Below are positions 57,462 to 64,000 of a DNA stretch of 64,000 nt, in pieces; position 1 is the first letter of the stretch; the number at the start of each line of letters is the position of its first letter. The stretch is from Escherichia phage vB_EcoM_005: the sequence record MK295203; one strand, 5' to 3'. The notes under the pieces were generated by a model, which ran no database searches, was not told the origin of the DNA, and saw nothing but the letters and a program-made list of their open reading frames with translations. A program made the position numbers and the translations under genes.

Positions 57462-57763
57462 TCTGCGCCTGAAGAAGAATGCACTATTCGGAGCTGCTCG
57501 ATAGCCGCAATTTTAAATCTATTGTCCTGGTCTTGTCTAATCATTTCAGTATAAGAGGCATAAGTTGTCTCTTTATAAAAGTTTAGAATATACTCGCCTT
57601 TATACCAAACCAATGCCATAAAGAACAATAATATCACGACTAGGACCCGGGAAAAAACTACTTTCCCGGAAGAAGTATCTTTAAAAATTCTATCAAGAAG
57701 TCCAAAAAGTAGGTCTGATAATGATATTCCTACTTTTGGTTCCATACTTTTCTCCTTTAAAGA

Positions 57764-57771
57764 TATTTATA
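57764..57771 (-). promoter_or_regulatory. T4 late promoter (TATAAATA) for holin
   Basis: minus-strand TATAAATA followed by AAGGAG RBS and the holin ATG. Confidence 0.55.
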
Positions 57772-57787
57772 ATTTAATACTTTCGTA

Positions 57788-58561
57788 TTATAACCAAGAG
57801 CCGTAGATAGTGCCTGTAGCGCCCCATGAAGGAGAACTTCCGAATACCGCTCTACCAGGAGCACCACCACCCGACCTGGATAAGTTATTACCCCATCCAT
57901 TGCCACCAGCGCCTCCAGCATCACCGCCATTGCCACCGCCAAATTGGCTTGTATTACCACCGCCACCTGGACCATCATAACTAGCATTGCCGCCTGGCCA
58001 ATTAACACCACCGCCGCCGAGACCAAATGGTCGACCGCCTCCACCACCTGCTGTAGAATTTGCAGGCCAACTATTCTGTAATGATACGGCACCACCGCCA
58101 CCACCACCGGAGGCTATCACACCATAATTCCAAATGCGAAGTCGTCCACCAATATCATTTTGGATTACGTCACCACCATTAGTGCCTGGGCTTCCATTTA
58201 CTGTACCGTTGCCACCTCGGCCCCACATATGAACACCACCATGAATATTCAAAGTAACATATTCGTTAGGGGTATCACCGTACATAAAGAACAATGGAAC
58301 ATCTTTAGTATATGATACTAAGTTGCCTGTGATATTAAACACTATAGGAGCACCACCGGCTTCAAAACAACGGTCACGAAACCATTGACCGTTAAAGTTA
58401 TGGTCTGCGCCAAGGGTATGAATAACCTCAACAGAACGGCCTATCATATTACTCATCCAAAACGGAGCGCCCATTCTCAATCGCTGGGCGGCGCCGCCCA
58501 TCCAATTTTGTCCTGTATTAACTACTGCAGACCATCCTACCCACGGTCCTTCAACTGCCAT
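57788..58561 (-). CDS. 38: tail-fibre adhesin gp38 (T2-type, glycine-rich)
   Basis: 257 aa with multiple polyglycine stretches (GGGGGG, GGGGG) typical of T2-like gp38 receptor-recognition adhesins; directly downstream of 37. Confidence 0.8.
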   Translation of the reverse strand: MAVEGPWVGWSAVVNTGQNWMGGAAQRLRMGAPFWMSNMIGRSVEVIHTLGADHNFNGQWFRDRCFEAGGAPIVFNITGNLVSYTKDVPLFFMYGDTPNEYVTLNIHGGVHMWGRGGNGTVNGSPGTNGGDVIQNDIGGRLRIWNYGVIASGGGGGGAVSLQNSWPANSTAGGGGGRPFGLGGGGVNWPGGNASYDGPGGGGNTSQFGGGNGGDAGGAGGNGWGNNLSRSGGGAPGRAVFGSSPSWGATGTIYGSWL

Positions 58562-58573
58562 ATAAACCTCCAA

Positions 58574-58587
58574 GGGGCCGAAGCCCC
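58574..58587 (-). other. GC-rich hairpin between 37 and 38
   Basis: GGGGC-TTCG-GCCCC on the minus strand, no U-tract, immediately before the gp38 RBS. Confidence 0.3.
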
Positions 58588-58592
58588 TCTTA

Positions 58593-61316
58593 TTATTTTA
58601 ACAATGATTTAATTAATGCTTTAAGTTCTTCAATCTCTGATTTCAATTCTGCTATTTCTGCAGTGTGCTCATTGATTGCAGCCGTATTTAAACCAATTAC
58701 ACCGTTATAGTTTAAACGAAGTAAAGCTTCACCATTGGGGTCGCCTTCAACCAATTCAGGTAAAATAGCTTGAACTTCTTGAGCAATTAAACCAGCGTTA
58801 GGTTCCCATTTCTGATTACCTTCTTCGTCAGTTCCAGCGTTTCTGCATATAAGTGTAACCGTTAATTTTAGAAAGCTTCTGGGAAGCATTTTCAAATTTA
58901 ACAAGGTCTTTTTTAACACGAATATCAGAACGGACATAAACATCTCGAACATACGTAGAATAGGCATCGCTTTGTTGGACTAAATGGCCAAAAGAAATAA
59001 TAGCCCTTCCTGTTTCAGTCCACAAAGCACCATGGGTATCCCAAAGACCTTCTATTGAACATCGCAACACCTTGTGGAGATAAAATTAACCTCGCCATTA
59101 GGGTTAATATTAATACCGCCTTGGGATTGGAAGCTCCAGAAGGCTAAACCGTTATCAGCACCACCATTACCTACATACCAGTTATCAACGCCACCTTTTT
59201 TACCCTTAACATAACCTGCTTCATCTGCTGGATAATCAATAACAACAGCATCCGAGTTGGTTTTAAGAGTTAAGCGGCCGGTCATCGTGTCGCCTTCTTT
59301 AGAAACACGAGTAGCAATGGCATCGCGAATATTAGTTACGTCGCCTGCTGAAGTAAATGTTTTCCAGATATCAGAGAAAATATTACCATTTCGGGCAATA
59401 GTAGCTTCACCACCACCGATCTGTACGTTATCCGGGAAGTTAACTGTACCATCAGCATTAAATCTTGAGGTATGACCTCCGGTCCCGTCTTCTTTAAGAT
59501 GGTGTAAAACAAAAGTACCAGATTCTATTTCAGTACCTAAAGACCAAACAGCTTTTCCTTGTAAGAATTTTTGCTTAACGATAGGATAATATTTACTTAC
59601 AGCGTCATCATCAATTTCTTGGAAAACAGGAGCGGCTTGTGCATATTGAATATCATAACCACCTGCACCTGCACCATGTCCACTGAATTTAATATAACCG
59701 TTTGCCGCAAAAGAAGCATAACTCAAATCTAGGTCAGGGCTTTCTTCTGAACGGCGGAAAATAGCACCGTAGTCATCGTTCCAAATTCTAAGGGCATTGA
59801 CAGCATTACCAGCAATAGTGCCAGAGGCGTTAACTTCTTTACCGACGTTGATGCTTTCGTTTACATTCATGCCACCATTTAAATGGGCTTCGACGTTATT
59901 ATCAGTCTTACGCTGAATATAATGCATCCAACCAACGTCATCAGATATTTCCATTACGTTTTTGCGGTCACCGGCGACATTAGTAAAGGTGTTACCCCAA
60001 ACGTTGATAGTCATGTTATCAACTGAACTATTTCCTGTAGTATTTCCTCTGAACATCAGAGTAGATGCATTGTTGCGGCCGTCAATATTAACCGAACCAC
60101 CAACAACATCAATATTACCAGGAGTAACTAACAAACCACCGTGAGTATTAACGTTTGTCGTGCCCTTACCACGGAAATAGTGATGATAATTTCCACCTTG
60201 ATAATAACCTAAAAGAGTTTGACCGTCGCCATACGCGTTATTATCATGATAAGTGACAACCGTCGCCAAAGCATAGTTTTCCGACGGAGGAGTGGTTAAA
60301 TCGGTACCGTTTACAGAATAACCCATAACCATTTTTCTAAGACTGGTGGTTTCTGCCGGGCCGTTCAGGAAAGTTCTTGTTCCGTTGTTTACATTAAAGA
60401 AATATCCGTCTTGGTACCATTGTAAGCCGGTATCATTATCGCCAAGAGCAATTGAAGCTGTTCCTAATTCAGAATATCCTTTAGAACCGTTCGGAAGACC
60501 GACCGACATGGAATGACCAGCTTTCAATCCACCAGACCATGTAAATGACCAAAGGTAGGCGTCTAATCCATCGCCTGCATACCAGGTTATCCCATCATTG
60601 TCTTTAACTTCATGGAATATACCTGCTCCTACAGCATTTCGCATAACACGAAGGTGGTTAATAGCCGTTTCACTTTCTGCCAATGGGCTATTATCGGCCA
60701 TTGAATAGATATCATAATCGCCAGCCTTCTTCCCGTTTGTAATAACTTTATCGGTCAGAATTTGTGGAGACGAAATAGATTTCCATGCTGATACTTCGGG
60801 CGAAGTAAATAGGCCGCTGCCTGAAAATGCATAAGTGCTTTCGCTACCAGCGGCGTAGTCTTGAACCCTGATATTAACTACCTGAGTTGTCAAACCTGCA
60901 TTATTAGGAGAAAAGATAATACCACGTTCACGTGATGCACCGTCAAAGAATCTCAAATGAGAAGTTGAAGCACTCTTAGAAATAAGTTCTCCGCCTTCAG
61001 TCATTATCTGACCTGCAGCAATAATATCACGAGTTACACGAGCAATACCGGTTAAATTAAAATCACCTGTTTGGGTAAAGGTACCATTTAGGGTATAATC
61101 ACCGGTTTGATTGTAGTTACCGTTATGAATAACGTTTCCGTCGATATTACCACCTTTAGCAAAGCCAAGGTCGATGATGGCACCGGTATCGTCTTTAGTA
61201 AAAAGTAATCGGTCCTTTAAGTTAATAGCCAGTTCGCCTTCAGCCAACTGGGCCGGTGTTGGACGTACACCGGCCACTTTACTTCTTTTAAATTGGATTT
61301 GCTTTAAAGTAGCCAT
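58593..61316 (-). CDS. 37: long tail fibre distal subunit gp37 with C-terminal S74-type intramolecular chaperone domain, two apparent frameshifts near the C-terminus
   Basis: N-terminus [17 protein letters not shown]...[13 protein letters not shown] matches my recollection of T4 gp37; main ORF 59052-61316; chaperone domain (RSDIRVKKD autocleavage-type motif, [17 protein letters not shown]) continues in two other frames (58828-59070, 58593-58967). Confidence 0.8.
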
Positions 61317-61324
61317 AATGCCTC

Positions 61325-61972
61325 TTAATAATAACCAAAATCTTGAATAGAATCTTTAATAACAATCTGGTCAAAACGAGGAACGTGTCCTGCGTCAGAG
61401 GCCGGATTCAGCGAAATAAAGTTAGGAGCAGCAAGTACTCCGGTCATTGTTTGCATGTTAGTATTATTTATTTGGACCTGTTTTGCGTTATCTACTAACG
61501 ATAATCCTACTTGAGCTTTAGTAGGGGTGTTCCCTGGGCTGAATACGCGACCTGATTCGTCATATACTTGGCGGAATAATGAATCACCCATTACTATAAG
61601 GCGTTTAGCACCTACTGCCGTATTTGGGTCGAATATCACGAACGGCGTACCATCTTCCGTTTCATATCCAAAAGCACCTTTAATACGGAAAGAAGCTGTG
61701 AACGGGGCTCCGCCAGTTCTTGCTCCTAATTTAATACCGTATCCATTAGTATCATTAAAGGTCAAACCTTTTTCAAAATACACGTTATTCTGGTAATTGC
61801 CACCATTTGCTTTTGAAACAAAGTCGTTATCAGCAGCTTGTGGTTTATTATATTCGGTGTAAACTTTATATGTTTTGTAAAGAAGGTCGTTTGATACAGG
61901 CGTTAAGGGAAAATTACCTTGGTGCCATAATACTGAACCTCCTGCTGTAGAACCTAATTTTAAATCTGCCAT
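61325..61972 (-). CDS. 36: tail fibre subunit gp36
   Basis: 215 aa; MADLK.GST.GGSV.WHQGNFPL, YNKPQAADNDFVSKANGG, HVPRFDQIVIKDS.QDFGYY match my recollection of T4 gp36. Confidence 0.85.
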   Translation of the reverse strand: MADLKLGSTAGGSVLWHQGNFPLTPVSNDLLYKTYKVYTEYNKPQAADNDFVSKANGGNYQNNVYFEKGLTFNDTNGYGIKLGARTGGAPFTASFRIKGAFGYETEDGTPFVIFDPNTAVGAKRLIVMGDSLFRQVYDESGRVFSPGNTPTKAQVGLSLVDNAKQVQINNTNMQTMTGVLAAPNFISLNPASDAGHVPRFDQIVIKDSIQDFGYY

Positions 61973-62003
61973 TTGAGTTTCCTTTGGGAGTTATAGCCTT
62001 TTA

Positions 62004-62013
62004 TATATTTATG
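62004..62013 (-). promoter_or_regulatory. possible late promoter (CATAAATATA)
   Basis: near-consensus late box about 40 nt upstream of gene 36. Confidence 0.3.
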
Positions 62014-62020
62014 GTCGTAG

Positions 62021-62047
62021 AAAACGAAAAAGGAACCCGAAGGTTCC
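62021..62047 (-). terminator. rho-independent terminator after gene 35
   Basis: minus-strand GGAACC-TTCG-GGTTCC hairpin followed by a T-rich run. Confidence 0.5.
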
Positions 62048-63169
62048 TTAATATTTTTCTCTAAATTCAGCGACCCAAACCTGGCCAGGTTTAGTGCCTG
62101 TTTTATCATATAGCTGGGCTATGGTAGTACCCATATTTTTAGTTTCCGTACCAAAGTTCATACGAATACCATTAACACCAAATTCAGCAGGTTTTGGCTG
62201 AGGTTCTGATTCAGATATCTCACCGAACATAACATTTCGAACTCCGCCTTGGCCAGCCGAAGCTGTTTTTCTGGCATAAATGGTAAAGTCTGTAGTACCT
62301 TCAGGGACCATTACTACCCGTTCAAATGTCATCCATGCACCAGCAGGAACGTTGGAAGGAACTTCCATATTAACTGTCCCGGTTAAAGCACCTGAGGCAT
62401 TAAAAAATCTAACAGACATCTGAGAGGTCCCGACGTCTTTTAAAGCTTGGTCACACATTAATTGAAACTTAAGGTAAAAGAATTCGCCTGGTTTCATATT
62501 ATAATCTGTTAATGGGGTAGTAGGAGATTCTGTAGGAAATCGCTTAATTTCATCTCCCTCATTGCTTAGATAAGTGTTTTCATCTTCAACAATTCTGACA
62601 GGATATCCTGTACCGCCAACATCACTGATATCGTCAAATACCACTTCTAATGGAGTAGAAACATCTTCGACAAGCACCCCATCATTATAAAGCACATGTT
62701 CCATTACTATAGCATTCCTTCCTGAAACATAAAATGCTGAATAAGACGGCTCAAAACGGTCTATTAGCCATTTAGTCGGGAATGCAGTGCTTCCTGCTGC
62801 ACGGAACCAATCAATAAGTTTTTGTGAAGCATTTAATCTACCTGAGGATATTAAACAAACTATTCTATTGGCTGGTATAGAATTTATATACGTTATAAAA
62901 GCTTCAGATATAACATCAAAATCTTTTGTAAAACTATAAGTTTTGTTAGCAACTATTTTAGGTTCGGTGCTAACATCGATTTCTATAAGGTTTAATCCAT
63001 TTTGAAAATTCTGGGAACCGAAGTTCCCATCTTGAAATTTAACATATGCTTTTGTGGTAGACTTAGTACAACTACCCGCTATACTAAGTTTATACCTTAC
63101 AGCATTGTTTTCAGATAATGTAGGAACCTGGACATATCCTTGTCCAAATTCTGCCATAAATCTTTCCAT
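62048..63169 (-). CDS. 35: tail fibre hinge protein gp35
   Basis: 373 aa, same size as T4 gp35, between 34 and 36; assignment mainly by synteny. Confidence 0.7.
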   Translation of the reverse strand: MERFMAEFGQGYVQVPTLSENNAVRYKLSIAGSCTKSTTKAYVKFQDGNFGSQNFQNGLNLIEIDVSTEPKIVANKTYSFTKDFDVISEAFITYINSIPANRIVCLISSGRLNASQKLIDWFRAAGSTAFPTKWLIDRFEPSYSAFYVSGRNAIVMEHVLYNDGVLVEDVSTPLEVVFDDISDVGGTGYPVRIVEDENTYLSNEGDEIKRFPTESPTTPLTDYNMKPGEFFYLKFQLMCDQALKDVGTSQMSVRFFNASGALTGTVNMEVPSNVPAGAWMTFERVVMVPEGTTDFTIYARKTASAGQGGVRNVMFGEISESEPQPKPAEFGVNGIRMNFGTETKNMGTTIAQLYDKTGTKPGQVWVAEFREKY

Positions 63170-63177
63170 AATACCTC

Positions 63178-64000
63178 TTATTCAATCCACTCAAACTTAA
63201 CGGATTTAGTGACCGGGTCAGGAATAATACGAACGTTACCAATACGTAACCAATCAAGGATTGTAATGTTACCCATTGTAGCGTTATCGGCAGGCAATGC
63301 ACCAACATCTTCAGCGGAAGGAGGGTTATCCGCTGTATAGACCATAGAGAACGTAGTCCACGCGTTTTTATTCTTCTGCCAGGTACGTGTATAACGAATA
63401 GTACCGCCATTCAGTCCTGTAGGATAGCACACCCAATCCTGATAACATGAATCCAATGTATTACCAAACTGGGTTAACGTACCAGGATATTTAACTTCCT
63501 TATCACGAACAGAATAATCAAACCAAGTACCACGTAATTTCTGACCTGACGTACCGAGAACCTCGTCACCAAAACTACCGTCTTCGTTACGATAACGAAT
63601 AGCCGGAGAACTAAATGCACCAGTTTCTGTTAACCAACCAGAAGCATTCCATACCTCATCAGAAACACCGGCAGGTTTAGATTGGGCCGTATCAATATTA
63701 ACCTGACGTTTAGTTTTCATCGTCCAATAACCCGGGAACAGGTTAAATGTGGCTGAATCATTGATATCGACAGACCAGAAGCCAACTGTTTCTGCAGTAG
63801 GAACCTGCGATGCTAATGTAGGCTTCGTACCAAATGCACGAACTGGAGCATTAACACGGAGAACACCTGTCATTGTGTCGCCGGCCTGGTTAACGAAGTT
63901 TCTATCTACAATTTCTACAGCGTTTTTCTCGGTCAGAACTTTATAAGCACCACCGCCATTAGCTATGATATTTCCTGCGTCTAATGTTTTGAGCACTAAA
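63178..64000 (-). CDS. 34: long tail fibre proximal subunit gp34, C-terminal part (continues beyond window)
   Basis: open frame runs to the window edge; position upstream of 35. Confidence 0.7.
   Translation of the reverse strand, partial: LVLKTLDAGNIIANGGGAYKVLTEKNAVEIVDRNFVNQAGDTMTGVLRVNAPVRAFGTKPTLASQVPTAETVGFWSVDINDSATFNLFPGYWTMKTKRQVNIDTAQSKPAGVSDEVWNASGWLTETGAFSSPAIRYRNEDGSFGDEVLGTSGQKLRGTWFDYSVRDKEVKYPGTLTQFGNTLDSCYQDWVCYPTGLNGGTIRYTRTWQKNKNAWTTFSMVYTADNPPSAEDVGALPADNATMGNITILDWLRIGNVRIIPDPVTKSVKFEWIE

Larger units (their letters stand above)
56545..57745 (-). pseudogene. t: holin T, reading frame interrupted as assembled
   Basis: N-terminus (57362-57745) matches my recollection of T4 holin (LFG.LDR.FKD...GKV..SRV.VVILLF.MA.VWY, IVH.SS.ADF.A.YSFRP.N.NYFVD); middle and C-terminal (FLPTKK...YMFSCP.FNLDN.YAG.I..YWY) segments are present but separated by tandem duplications and an inserted block. 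Confidence 0.75.

Noticed and set aside
1-64000. Possibility that the window is a prophage or integrative element
   Set aside because: No integrase, attachment-site-like repeat or flanking bacterial genes; gene order is that of a lytic T-even phage throughout.
1-64000. tRNA or other structured RNA genes
   Set aside because: No cloverleaf-like segment or conserved tRNA motif noticed by eye; the T4 tRNA cluster lies in a different genome region. A tRNA-prediction tool would be needed for a firm negative.

Overview
This 64-kb window is a segment of a T4-like (Tevenvirinae) myovirus genome; by my recollection of reference sequences the core replication proteins are closest to the RB69/T-even group. 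The plus strand carries the early/middle block in T4 order: NrdC remnant and small early ORFs, then 55, 47, 46, 45, 44, 62, regA, 43, an Imm-like protein, a non-T4 nucleotide/sugar-metabolism cassette including a gp42-like hydroxymethylase, uvsX, 40, 41, 61, 56, soc, two ADP-ribosyltransferases, dda, dexA, 39, rIIA, rIIB, 52, motA and asiA. The minus strand carries the converging late genes t, 38, 37, 36, 35 and 34 (partial). The most interesting feature is the cassette at 20582-24657, which sits where T4 has gene 42 and beta-gt and looks like a pathway for a non-glucose DNA sugar modification; no alpha-gt is present between 55 and 47. Four GIY-YIG and two HNH homing-endonuclease genes or remnants are present, two of them fused to or overlapping host genes. 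Several genes (41, 61, dda, holin t, 37) are interrupted as assembled, by single-base indels or by near-identical tandem duplications; this may be sequencing/assembly error or real degeneration and needs read-level checking. Many T4-type early promoters, a few middle and late promoters, and UUCG-tetraloop terminators are visible. No tRNA, rRNA, CRISPR array or integrase was found. All homology statements rest on motif recognition and my memory of T4/RB69 proteins, not on database searches.
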